NCBI RefSeq assembly: GCF_011386835.1
Contig: NC_088798.1
Location: 34,534,001 to 34,598,000 of the forward strand
Direction: 5' to 3'
DNA length: 64,000 nucleotides
Source of the DNA: Chrysemys picta bellii
Lineage: Eukaryota
Part shown: piece after piece, positions 52,890-64,000 of the stretch
Numbering within the stretch: the stretch's first letter is position 1
How the letters are laid out: each line of letters opens with the position of its first letter
Notes under the pieces: model-generated
Databases searched by the model: none
Seen by the model: only the letters and a program-made list of their open reading frames with translations
Told to the model about the DNA's origin: nothing
Made by a program: the position numbers and the translations under genes

Positions 52890-53365
52890 CCCCGTCTGCG
52901 ACTGTCTCACAACCTAGCCTGGAATCACACTCCCAGAGGCTAGCGCGGATTAGGCGTAGGAAGAAGAGGACACGGGAGGACATGTTCTCTGAGCTTATGG
53001 CCTCTTCCCAAGCCCAGGCAGCACAGCAGACCCAGTGGCGGGAGAACTTGACCCGAATGCACCAAGCCAACATGGATCGGGAGGAGAGGTGGCGGCAGGA
53101 AGACCAGCAGGCGACTCTAACGCTGCTTGGACTACTGAGGGAGCAAACGGACACACTCCGGCGCCTTGTGGATGTTCTGCAGGAACGGAGGCAGGAGGAC
53201 AGAGCCCCGCTGCAGTCCATCTCTAACCGCCCTCCCCCGCCACCAAGTCCCATACCCACCTCACCCAAAGTGCAAAGAAGGAGAGGCGGCAGAGTCCCTG
53301 CTAACTCTCACTCCACCCCTGCAGAGAGCTCTAGTAGCAGAAGGCTCTCATTTCCCAAAATTTGA
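52890..53365 (+). CDS. Harbinger Myb/SANT-like protein, exon 2 (basic NLS RRRKKR and coiled coil); spliced product about 350 aa
   Basis: Pyrimidine tract and cag acceptor at 52889; the phase-1 join keeps frame; AATAAA at 53437-53442. Confidence 0.85.
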
Positions 53366-54114
53366 AAAGTTCTTTCCTTCCCGCCTGACACAAGCCCACG
53401 TCCAAGTTTCACCTCCCAATGCCATGTGTAGTTGATAATAAAAAATTCGTTTCTGTTAACTACTGTTTCAATCATGTTCTTTTGGAGGAGGAGGGGAAAG
53501 GGGGTTGGAAATTGGACAGGACAGTCTCCTTTGGCAGGGTACATAGTCGGGGGCAGGCACAGCAGCAGGGCACATACACAGTGCAGTGATGCAGTGACTA
53601 GTTGCCCCGGTTAGTCTGGGAGGTTGTTTTGATGTAATGTTGGGGGGGGTGGGTTGCTCTGTGACTTTGTGGCGGGGGAGGGCAGTTACAGATCTTAAGC
53701 GCCGGTCCTTAGACAGGATCACAGAGCCACACAGCATGGGATCTGTAACCGTCCTCCCCCTGCCACAAAGTCAAATAGACCTCCCATACACACAGTCCCG
53801 ATCAGGAGGGGTGACAGGCTCCGTTGAAACAAGCATCCCACCGCAGCGGAGCCTGTCAATCCTTGAGTTTAGAAGCTGCATTCGCATCACAACACTAGAC
53901 CCGCCCCGCACCACAGTCTGCGTCCCAGTTTTAAAAAATTCCCGCTAAAACAGTATTAAAGAAAACGGTGTGCTTTAACAAAGTAGAACTATTTTTATTT
54001 CGACACCTGTGTTGGAGGGGGGGTGAAGGGGGTATGTAACTGGATAGGATAGTCAACATTACCTGGGTAAAGAAACGGGGGCAGGTTTAGCTTCTCAGTA
54101 CACAAACTATAAAA

Positions 54115-55398
54115 TCACAGGTTACCCTGCTCACTCAGGAACTTTGCTTTCAAAGCCTCCCGGATGCACAGCGCTTCCCGCTGGTCTCTTCTAATCGCCC
54201 GGCTGTCTGGCTGTGAGTAATCACCAGCCAGGCTATTTTCCTCAACCTCCCACCCCGCCATAAAGGTCTCCCCCTTGCTCTCACAGAGATTGTGGAGCAC
54301 ACAGCAAGCTGCTATAACAATGGGGATATTGGTTTCGCTGAGATCACAGCGAGTCAGTAAGCTTCTCCATCTCCCCTTGAGACGGCCAAAAGCACACTCC
54401 ACCACCATTCTGCACTTGCTCAGCCGGTAGTTGAAGAGTTCTTTTTCAGTGTCCAGGGCGCCAGTATAGGGCTTCATGAGCCAGGGCATTAGCGGGTAGG
54501 CTGGGTCCCCGAGGATGACTATAGGCATCTCCACATCCCCAACAGTTATTTTGTGGTCCGGGAAGTAAATACCTTGTTGCAGCCGTCTAAACAGACCAGA
54601 GTTCCTGAAAACACGAGCGTCATGAACCTTGCCCGGCCATCCCACGTAGATGTTGGTAAAACGTCCCCTGTGGTCCACCAGTGCTTGCAGCACCATGGAA
54701 AAGTATCCCTTTCGGTTAATGTACTGGGTGGCCTGGTGGTCCGGTGCCAGGATAGGGATGTGAGTTCCATCTATGGCCCCACCGCAGTTTGGGAATCCCA
54801 TCGCTGCGAAGCCATCTATGATCGCCTCCACGTTTCCCAGGGTCACTACCTTTGGCAGCAGTACATCAACGATTGCCTTCGCTACTTGCATCACAACAAC
54901 CCCCACGGTAGATTTGCCCACCCCAAACTGGTTCGCGACTGACCGGTAGCTGTCTGGCGTTGCAAGCTTCCACAGGGCTATGGCCACTCGCTTCTGTACA
55001 CTCAGTGCAGCTCGCAACCGGGTGTCACTGCGCTTCAGGGCAGGGGACAGCAACTCACAAAGTTCCAGGAAAGTTCCCTTCCGCATGCGAAAGTTTCGCA
55101 GCCACTGGGATTCATCCCAGACCTGCAGTACTATGCGGTCCCACCACTCAGTGCTTGTTTCCCGTGCCCAGAATCGCCGTTCCACGGCATCAACATGACC
55201 CATTGCCACTGTGATGTCCTCGGCGCTGGGTCGCCTGCTTTCTGACAGGTCTGTGCTACTCTCAGACTTCAGGACATCACCGCGGTGCCGTAGCCTCCTT
55301 GCCTGACTTTTCTGCATCTGCCTCAGGGAAACCTTTATGATAAGCTGCGAGACGTTGAGAGCGGCCACAACTGCAGCGATGGTCGCAGCGGGCTCCAT
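54115..55398 (-). CDS. Harbinger DDE transposase (HARBI1-like, DDE_Tnp_4 type), 427 aa, uninterrupted
   Basis: Motifs GAIDGTHIPI, ILGDPAYPL and VVECAFGRLK give an intact D-D-E triad; AATAAA on - at 53999-53994. Confidence 0.95.
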   Translation of the reverse strand: MEPAATIAAVVAALNVSQLIIKVSLRQMQKSQARRLRHRGDVLKSESSTDLSESRRPSAEDITVAMGHVDAVERRFWARETSTEWWDRIVLQVWDESQWLRNFRMRKGTFLELCELLSPALKRSDTRLRAALSVQKRVAIALWKLATPDSYRSVANQFGVGKSTVGVVVMQVAKAIVDVLLPKVVTLGNVEAIIDGFAAMGFPNCGGAIDGTHIPILAPDHQATQYINRKGYFSMVLQALVDHRGRFTNIYVGWPGKVHDARVFRNSGLFRRLQQGIYFPDHKITVGDVEMPIVILGDPAYPLMPWLMKPYTGALDTEKELFNYRLSKCRMVVECAFGRLKGRWRSLLTRCDLSETNIPIVIAACCVLHNLCESKGETFMAGWEVEENSLAGDYSQPDSRAIRRDQREALCIREALKAKFLSEQGNL

Positions 55399-56490
55399 GC
55401 TCGGAGTACAGTGGCGTCCGCGCTGTCAATGACTGGAAAAGCGCGCGAACTGTTTTCCCGCCGGCGCTTTCAGGGAGGGAGGGCGGGAGTGATGGACGGA
55501 TGACGACAGTTTCCCAAAAGCACCCTCGACTCATTTTGTTACCCAGAAGGCATTGCCGGCTACACCCAGAATTCCAATGGGCAGAGGGGACTGCGGGAAC
55601 TGTGGGATAGCTGACCACAGTGCACCGCTTCGAATGTCGACGCTATCACCGTTAGTGTGGACGCACAAAGTCGAATTACTGTCCTTAGTGTGGACACACA
55701 CGTTCGACTTTGCAATATCGATTACAAAAATTCGATGCAAGTAAAATCGAACTACTCTCGTAGTGTAGACAAGGCCTTAAACTGGTAGAGATCCAGCAAA
55801 CAACCATTAGGGTCATTTTTGTTGATCGCTTATGTTCCCTTCTCACCTATCTTTTGTCAAGAGGCTTTATATGCAACAATTCCCAGTTTCAACCAGGGTC
55901 CACAGTGAGGCAGGGAGTGTCACGCAGTGGCACTCTTCTAAACTCTGCCTACAAAATAAGCTCTGCCCCATGTGAGTTGCCAAAATGAGATGCTACTGTA
56001 GCTTATGTGGATGTATAAGATCATGATTGTTCTGTGAGCTCCACTGGCTACCTCAAACGCTGCTTGAATGTGCCCACTGGCTCTGCTAGGCTCCTTGGGC
56101 TTGATTCCTTCTTCAGTGGTGAAAAAATTGAAGTAGTGAGACTCTCCCAATTGCCACACACATGTGGCAGCAAAATGACACAGTAAATTGTGTAGATCCA
56201 TGATCTTCCCTCTCTTTTCTTACATGAGGAATGAAATAGATAACAATGTTGGCATTTAAATCATCACTAGGCATCTGAGCTAATGCCTAAATGAGCTGAA
56301 CAGGGCAGAATTCAATAGCTCAGAGCTATCAGGTCTCTCTGCAGACTCAAGTAGATGTCTGGTTTCAGTTCACCTTTTTGAGATTTTCTTCACAACCATA
56401 ACAGCTAGATCCTTTTTAAAAAAATTAAAGCTGAGATTCTGGAGAACTAGATAGCAGCTTTAAAGATTTTTTGCTGCTTTCTGATCAGTT

Positions 56491-56886
<396 letters not shown>

Positions 56887-58954
56887 TCACGAAACAGAAA
56901 CTGCTATGATAGTCGGCAAAAGAGGGGCAAGCATACCACACCACCACATACTGGCCCAATCTGAGCGCTACTGGTAGCAGTGAGAAAGGCTGGAGTGAAT
57001 AACTGCCTATACAGCTCACCCCACCAATTTGATTACACATACATGGATAAAATCAAAATATTTTAGTATTTAAAATAATACTTCTTTGCATAAATTCAAA
57101 ATTGAGTTAAGTAAAGAGAAGATAAGTATCTAAGTTGTAGGCCAGTATTGTTTATTATACACTCTGAAACCCTTGTTATACTTTGCAATTCTGAAGCATC
57201 TTCCACTTGAGAATCACTAAGCACTTTACGAACATTAAAATCACACTCTGAATATTTGTACCTACTATTGTTATTGGCTAAATTTAGGATTGTTGTTACT
57301 GAAAGATTTTTTTTTCCAGCTTATTTCATGCATTTGACTGATTTGGGACACAGTCAGTTTCACTTTTTTTTGTTTTGGTATAGCTACAAGGGGACTATAC
57401 ATGGCCCATATGAGTTAAGGGTCCCGTGGGCATAGCCCCTTTGCCCTGTTAACCCCAAGCACAAAATTGAAAGTGAGGTCCCTATTCACTAGGAATATAA
57501 ATAATATTTCTACAATTAATATAAGGGGGGATTAATTCCTGCAATGTAGCTGTAACACCACCCCACACCCCAGGAAATACTCCTAGTGTGTGGGGTCCTC
57601 CCTTGCGCACACACAGAACCATCATAGCTAGCTGCATATCACCTCCACTGCTCAAGGCTTGCTGGGAGAAGGGAGGATGTGGCCAAGATGTCCCTTTGTC
57701 TTGGCTAGCACCAGCTACTGGAAATAGTTCACATGGGACATTGCAGTTGGGGTGTAAATTCGAGCAGCCTTCGGAGCTACTCTAACCTGAGCTGCAGTAG
57801 ATTGTCTCCTAGCAGTGCCAGGACAGGGGAGACATACTGCCTTTCCATTCATTCTCTGGCTGGGCTCAGGACTGGTGTAGGTATGAAGCAGGCCAAAGGG
57901 AGGGTCCATTCTAGCCTGAATAAATTAATGTAACTCCATAGCTATTCTGAGACTCATGAGATTACCAAATACAGGAATGTAACCAAGAAGAGAAGTTTAA
58001 TACTTATCCTACTAGTGACTACTACAAAGAGGGGAAACTGTTCAGTTCATGAGAGACTTAGGGGTCCTCTCAGTTTCAAACAACTTATGGAGTATTTTGT
58101 AAAACAGTAGTGGATCAAAAGTAGGCAATTCCAGCGCTTATTGATCATGTTGAACTTTAGTCAGGATTGTACTCACAACACAAATCTAACGGTACCACAC
58201 ATTGAAGAAGTATTTCACAAGAACATCTCTCTGTACAGAAAATCAAAAACAGTCAAATGAATATGAAAAGCACTGCATGTTCTTTCATCAAATGGCAAAC
58301 ATTTATTATGCTATGGAAAGTATAGGCACATAAGCTCAGAAATGCACTTCTCTGGCATGATGTATCTATATTTTTTACTGTAAATGAACAAACTGAACAC
58401 TTACATTCTGAATAATTTATATTTTTTCCCTAGCCTCTGATGTTAGTGTGTTCAGATTTGCTGAGTTCTTTAGAAATTCTTACATAGTCATTATGGGTTA
58501 TATTTGGTAGAGACATGGCCATTTAAGAAGTGACAGCTTTGCTGAGCTGTGTGGGTTTTAGAACAAATTACATCCTTCAGTTGCTCTAGGTAGAGATCGG
58601 GAAACGTTTTTAAAACAATACCTAATGAAGAGATTCTTGTAAAAAGAGTGCCACTTTGAGAAATAGGCTTCGCATGACATTGCAAAGCACAGCCCATCAT
58701 GTTACTTGATGCAGGGTCCCAATTCTGCAATGAGCTCCATTGCAAGATTGAGGCCTAAGGGTGGGATCCACAAAGGGGCTTAGGCATTACAACACTGCCT
58801 AGAAAATCACAGAAACAACACTGCAATCCACAATGCCTGAGTTAGGTGCCAAAGGCTCCCTATACAATGAATGGGGAGAGATAGGCACCTTAGATTGAGA
58901 TCCACAAAGCCTGCATGCTAGGTGAGGAGCTGCCTAAACTAGCTTATGGAATCA

Positions 58955-59130
58955 AGTATCAGAGGGGTAGCCGTGTTAGTCTGGATCTGTTAAAAGTGAC
59001 AGAGACTCCTGTGGCACCTTATAGACTAACAAATGTATTGCAGCATAAGCTTTCGTGGGTGAATACCCACTTCATCAGACGCATGCTTATGCTCCAATAC
59101 GTCTGTTAGCCTATAAGGTGCCACGGAACT
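58955..59130. mobile_element. Penelope-like pseudo-LTR fragment with an inverted duplication
   Basis: Two inverted arms of about 50 bp (GTGGCACCTTATAG..AGCATAAGC) flank a central core. Confidence 0.75.
59043..59082 (-). ncRNA. Minimal type I hammerhead ribozyme motif
   Basis: GCGU-CUGAUGA-A-GUGGG UAUUCA CCCAC-GAAA-GCUU-AUGC: intact core, stems I and II pair, palindromic stem III. Confidence 0.65.
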
Positions 59131-59338
59131 CTTTATAGCTTATGGAAGACGCCAACAACAGAGGTGTGTGTAAGTCCTGGTCCTCTATTGGAAATAAGCA
59201 CCTGAGTCTGGGCTGCATGGAGGCACCTAGCTTTGCTTGTGATCCATGAACTGGGGGAAGATAAGTGCACCCAAGCTAGGTACTTGGCTGCCTAGTTGCA
59301 TGCGAGACCCAAAACAAAACATCGAGAGAGGGAAAGAG

Positions 59339-60115
59339 GTAGGGTTGCCAGGCGTCCGGTTCTCGACTGGAACGTCTGGTCGAAAAGGGACCCTGGTGGC
59401 TCCGGTCAGCAGAGTCTGGTCGGTGGCACAGTGTGGGCCCCAGGCTAAAGCAGGCCCCTGCCTGTCCTGGCTCTGCGCGGCTCCTGGAAGCGGCTTCCAG
59501 GGCCCTGCAGCCCTTAGGCGCCTGGACGGCCAGGGAGGCTCTACGCACTGCTCCCACCCCCAGCGCTGGCTCCACAGCTCCCATTGGCCAGGAACTGCGA
59601 CCAATAGGAGCTGCAGCCGGCACGAGGGCAGTACGCAGAGCCTCTCTGTCCGCTTTCGGGAGCCGCCTGAGGTAAACGCCATCCAGAACCTGCACCCTGA
59701 ACGCCCTCCCATGCCCTAACCCCCTACCCCAGCCCTGAGCCCCCCCTTGCACCCAAACTCCCTCCCAGAGCTTGCACCCCCTCCTGCACCCCAAACTCCC
59801 TCCCACACACCAACCCCCAGCCTCAAGTCCCCTTCCACACCCAAACTCCTTCCTGGAGCCTGCACCCCCCCTACCCCAGCCCTGAGCCCTCTCCTGCACC
59901 CCAAACCCGTCATCCCTGACCCCACCCCAGAGCCCACACCCCTTCCACACCCAAACTCCTTCCTGTAGCCTGCACCCCCCCTACCCCAGCCCTGAGCCCT
60001 CTCCTGCACCCCAAACCCATTATCCCTGGCCCCACCCCAGAGCCCACACCCCTAGCCGGGCCTTCACCCCAACCCCAACCCTGGAGCCCTCTTCCACACC
60101 CCAAACCCCTCATTT
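59339..60115. mobile_element. Blackjack-like hAT element, right end missing (abuts the Penelope fragment)
   Basis: TAGGGTTGCCAGG left terminus; C-rich tandem internal repeats. Confidence 0.65.
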
Positions 60116-60128
60116 ACTGATTTTTCTC

Positions 60129-60825
60129 AAAAAGAACAGGAGTACTTGTGGCACCTTAGAGACTAACAAATTTATTAGAGCATAAGCTTTCATGGACTAC
60201 AGCCCACTTCTTTGGATGCATATAGAGTGGAATATATATTGAGGAGATATATATACACACATACAGAGAGCATGAACAGGTGGGAGTTGTCTTACCAACT
60301 CTGAGAGGCCAATTAAGTAAGAGGAAAAAAACTTTTGAAGTGATAATCGAGAGCCCAGTACAGACAGTTTGATAAGAAGTGTGAGAATACTTACAAGGAG
60401 AGATAAATTCAATGTTTGTAATGGCTCAGCCATTCCCAGTCCTTATTCAATCCTGAGTTGATTTTATCTAGTTTGCATATCAATTCCAGCTCAGCAGTCT
60501 CTCCTTGGAGTCTGTTTTTGAAGTTTTTCTGTTGTAAGATAGCCACCCGCAGGTCTGTCATTGAATGGCCAGACAGGTTAAAGTGTTCTCCCACTGGTTT
60601 TTGAGTATTATGATTCCTGATGTCAGATTTGTGTCCATTAATTCTTTTGCGTAGAGACTGTCCGGTTTGGCCAATGTACATGGCAGAGGGGCATTGCTGG
60701 CACATGATGGCATATATCACATTGGTAGATGTGCAGGTGAACGAGCCCCTGATGGTATGGCTGATGTGATTAGGTCCTATGATGATGTCACTTGAATAGA
60801 TATGTGGACAGAGTTGGCATCGGGT
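60129..60825 (-). mobile_element. Penelope-like retroelement 3' fragment: GIY-YIG endonuclease C-terminus plus pseudo-LTR
   Basis: NVIYAIMCQQC..MYIGQTGQSLRKRINGH..AELELI..GLN (ORF 60409-60846). Confidence 0.9.
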
Positions 60826-62538
60826 TTTTTCTCTACTCTCTTTCAAATATAGTAATCTTAGGTATTTCTTGTAAATATAGTAGAAAAATGTTCAGACAGA
60901 AGTGCATTCAGTTTACATGTCCCTTTAAGATTCTTATATTATATAATCAGTAAACAAATTACACTTAATATACCAGTGTTTGGAGTAGAATTATCTGGGG
61001 CCTTATCCTGCAAACCTTTATTCATCCTTACATGAAATAATAATCCCATTGATACCAACAGAATTACTTGCATAAGGACTACTTATGTGAGTAAGGGTTT
61101 GCATGATTGGGCCTTTGGTTTTCTGAGCCAGATGTGTTTGTAAATCATCAGTTAGGCAGATTTAGTCATAATTAGTTCTCGATTAATTCATTGCATTTAG
61201 GGAATGTCTTAGGTGAAAGATTTTTCAAACTGAAAATGACTGGATAAACAGAGATATGGTGTCTCTCTCCAGTGATGCCAAATTATTTAAGTGCTACGAC
61301 AGTTTTCCCCATCTCTTCTTGAGGATAGACAGAGTTTTTTATTTGTTTTCATGGGCAACGGAGAAGCGCATTTAAAGTTTACTGATGGTGGCTAGGTTGG
61401 TTTGTTTGGTTTTTTGAAAAAGAGCTGGAAGGTAATTTTCAAAGGTACAAAAGGCAGCTGGGTGTCCAACTCCCCTTAAAAGTCCAATAAGAATTGAGTG
61501 CCTAGCTCTCATCTGTGTTCTTGAAAACCTTCACGCCCGATCCACCCATCTCCCTGAAAATGCTGGGTTATCCTCTCTTGTATTTTCTTCATGTGTTTTG
61601 TCTAACCTAGCCAGGTGATGATTCCTTATGTTACCCCAGTGGTTATATGTGGTTTGAGGATCATGTGCAATTCAGCTACAGAAGTGTATGGTCTGATCCT
61701 GAGCATCTGCTATTCCAGGTGACTTCAGTAGTAGTTATAGGTGCTTGACACCTCTCAGGATCAGGCCCAGTGTGAGGATCCCTGTTTCTGGGAGGTTTGC
61801 AGACATTGCAGCACTTACAGATTTGGGCTCTGACCTCACTGTGTTTGAAATCATGCTGGAACTTACTGTTGCTAATAACATGGTTCTAGCATGATTTCCC
61901 TAACTGGTTTGGATAGGGAGCTGTTCTTGAGAACAATGTTAGCAAAACTTCATCTTGACTAGGGGTGGATTGAGTTGGTACAGTCTACTCCAGGTGTCCC
62001 TTCAGTTTCCGCTGAACTGAAGCGGTCACTGAAAACAATTAAGTTACTAGCCCTTCTGGGTGTGAAGATAACCCTCTTAATGAGAGCTGGTGTGGTGCTG
62101 CCTGCCTAGAGCATTGTTGGGATGTTGCAGGTCCTATTACAAAGATTTCCCTTGTTCTACTGATCTCTAGACTGCATGGCTAGTGTAAGAATGCTGAGTT
62201 TAAATGCCCGGGGCAGGGTTGCTTGGACTGCAAAGAAAATTAGGTTTAGGATTCTCTGTTTTAAGAGCACTCCTTTGTGCATGACAAAGGTAAGGAAGCT
62301 ATGCATAAGATTTTTGAATGATCTGGGAACATTTGAAGGGACACAACCAATCTAAACGCCCTGCTGCTGACTGAAAATGTTTTTTTATTGTTCAATCAAC
62401 ACTTAAGATTTACAGGAAAAAAGGTTTCCCTCTAGTTTCTTTACATTGTGCATTTGACAACACTTTGTATACAAGCAGTTTCACTGCTTCCCCTTTAAGA
62501 CAGTTATTCAAGCTGTTCCTCTGTTTGTGTGAGTCTGA

Positions 62539-62806
62539 GGCCTTGGCTATACTGGCGCTGTACAGCGCTGCAAATTGCTGCGCTCAGGGGTGTGAAAACG
62601 CCTCCCCCGAGCGCAGTGAATGCAGCGCTGTAAAGCACCAGTGTAATCAGCGCCTGCAGCGCTGCACGCTCGCTCACAGCGCTGCAAGCTATTCCCCCTC
62701 GGAGAGGTGGAGTACTTGCAGTGCTGCGAGAGAGCTCTCGCAGTGCTGGCGACGTGACTACACTCGTTCTTCACAGCGCTGTGAATTCTCAAGTGTAGCC
62801 AAGGCC
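62539..62806. mobile_element. Harbinger-type MITE with CAGCGCTG repeats
   Basis: GGCCTTGGCTATACT / AGTGTAGCCAAGGCC TIRs; flanked by TGA and TTA. Confidence 0.85.
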
Positions 62807-63331
62807 TTAGGAGAGAAAATCATTTTTAAAAACAGGAAAATGTGATTGTAAAGAAACACCACTTGGCAGGAAGACTCAGTGTTGAAACTGACTGAATTTC
62901 AAGTTCACCGTGTTCCTTCAAGAGAACAAACATGTTTGTTTGTCTATTACTATTATAAATATATGTTTTCAGACATAAGTTTCAAAGAATTTTTGGTAAG
63001 TAGGAGTTTTGCATGTTGAGCCCTAGGTAACCCCTCTGCACTGAAGTCTAAGCCCAGAAGCAAAAAAATTTGGAGGGGCTCTTTTCCCTTGTATTATATC
63101 CATTGTTGCCTTTGTCCCATGAACTTTGCTAAGTAAATGTCTGTGCTGTCAAAACTGCTTCAAGCACCTGTCCATATTGCCTCATAAGACCCCTGAGCTA
63201 ATCCTGCTCCTTAGCAACAGAAAATCACAAAGAACAAGAATCCTAGAGGCTTCAAAGTCCTCTACTGCCATCTTCAGCCCCAAAGATTTTAGACATTATC
63301 TTTACACTGCAGTTGGGAACAGGCCTCCCAG

Positions 63332-64000
63332 CTAGGGTTGCCAACTTTCGGATTGCAGAAAACTGAACACTCCTGCTCCGCCCCTTCCCGAGGCCGTGCC
63401 CCTTCCCCATCCCTTCTCTAAAGCCCCACCGCCGCTCACTCCATCCCTCCTCCCACCGTCGCTCGCTCTCCCCCACCCTCGCTCATTTTCACTGGGCTGA
63501 GTAGGGGGTTGGGGTGTGGAAGGGGGTGAGGGCTCGAGGGTGGGTCCAGAAATGAGGGGTTTGGAGTGTGGGAGGGGGCTCCGGGCTGGGGCAGCAGAAT
63601 AGAGTGTGGGAGAGGGTACGAACTCTGGGCTGGGGGTTTGGGCTCTGGAGTGGGGCCAGAAATGAGGGGTTCAGGGTGCGGTGTGGGCTCTGGGCTCGGG
63701 CGGGGGTTGGCAGACGGGGGGGGGGGGTGAGGGCTCCAGCTGGGGGTGCGGGCTCTGGTGTGGGGCCGGGGCTGAGGGGTTCGAAGTGCGGGAGGGGGGT
63801 GCAAGCTCTGGGAGGGAGTTTGGGTACGGGAGGGGCTCAGGGCTGGGGAAGGGGATTGGGGGCACGGGACGGGGTACAGGGTGTGGACTCCGGGCAGCAC
63901 TTACCTCAGGTGGCTCCCGGAAGCAGCCAGCATTTCCCCCCGGCTCCTCGGTGGAGGCGTGGCCCGGCAGCTCTTTGCGCTGCCCCTATCTGCAGACGCT
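63332..64000. mobile_element. Blackjack-like hAT element running off the window
   Basis: TAGGGTTGCCAAC left terminus; G-rich internal repeats. Confidence 0.6.

Larger units (their letters stand above)
50923..55776. mobile_element. Full-length PIF/Harbinger DNA transposon, apparently autonomous
   Basis: TIRs GGCCTGGTCTACACTA / TAGTGTAGACAAGGCC (1 mismatch in 16); TTA target duplication at 50920-22 and 55777-79; transposase and Myb genes convergent. Confidence 0.95.

Noticed and set aside
53775-53945. Minus-strand acceptor-like site followed by a 57-codon frame in the Harbinger spacer
   Set aside because: Lies downstream of the transposase AATAAA, has no recognisable motif and no identifiable upstream donor
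56966-56979. GCTACTGGTAGCAG upstream of H2A is identical to 2567-2580 upstream of DNTTIP2
   Set aside because: About 15 chance 14-mer matches are expected in a 64-kb window on both strands (64000^2/4^14); the surrounding sequence does not align
59227-60113. ORFs of 150-224 aa
   Set aside because: Low-complexity C/G-rich internal repeats of a hAT-like element
57000-64000. Terminal exons of ABCA4, expected from synteny
   Set aside because: No ABCA4-like peptide or exon found; presumably beyond the window

Overview
Eukaryotic (vertebrate) genomic DNA, most likely turtle; this is inferred from the repeat landscape (CR1, PIF/Harbinger and hAT MITEs, Penelope-like repeats) and the species cannot be determined. 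Host genes on the minus strand are the complete 7-exon GCLM (CDS 39734->17057, 273 aa, all GT-AG junctions verified) and the first coding exon of DNTTIP2 (2459->2397), matching the known vertebrate DNTTIP2-GCLM synteny. An orphan histone H2A ORF (56880->56491) has four substitutions, all explainable by CpG deamination. Transposons dominate the rest. (1) An apparently intact 4.85-kb PIF/Harbinger element (50923-55776) has an intact DDE transposase and a two-exon Myb/SANT gene. Nested antisense in the Myb intron is a third, spliced-looking ORF with a BEN-domain-like pattern, the best candidate for an undescribed system. (2) A decayed Ginger/GIN-type Gypsy-like integrase is split by spliceosomal introns that restore D,D(35)E spacing when removed (about 6170-8810). 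(3) A full-length Chapaev3-like (CMC) element is inactivated by a frameshift and a D->N change (41834-44378). (4) Penelope-like fragments carry minimal hammerhead ribozyme motifs. Also present are CR1 fragments, a solo LTR and many MITEs. The GCLM promoter retains a variant-ARE module. Most long GC-rich ORFs in the track are spurious readings of MITEs or CpG islands. All family assignments come from manual reading and recalled family motifs; no database search was run.
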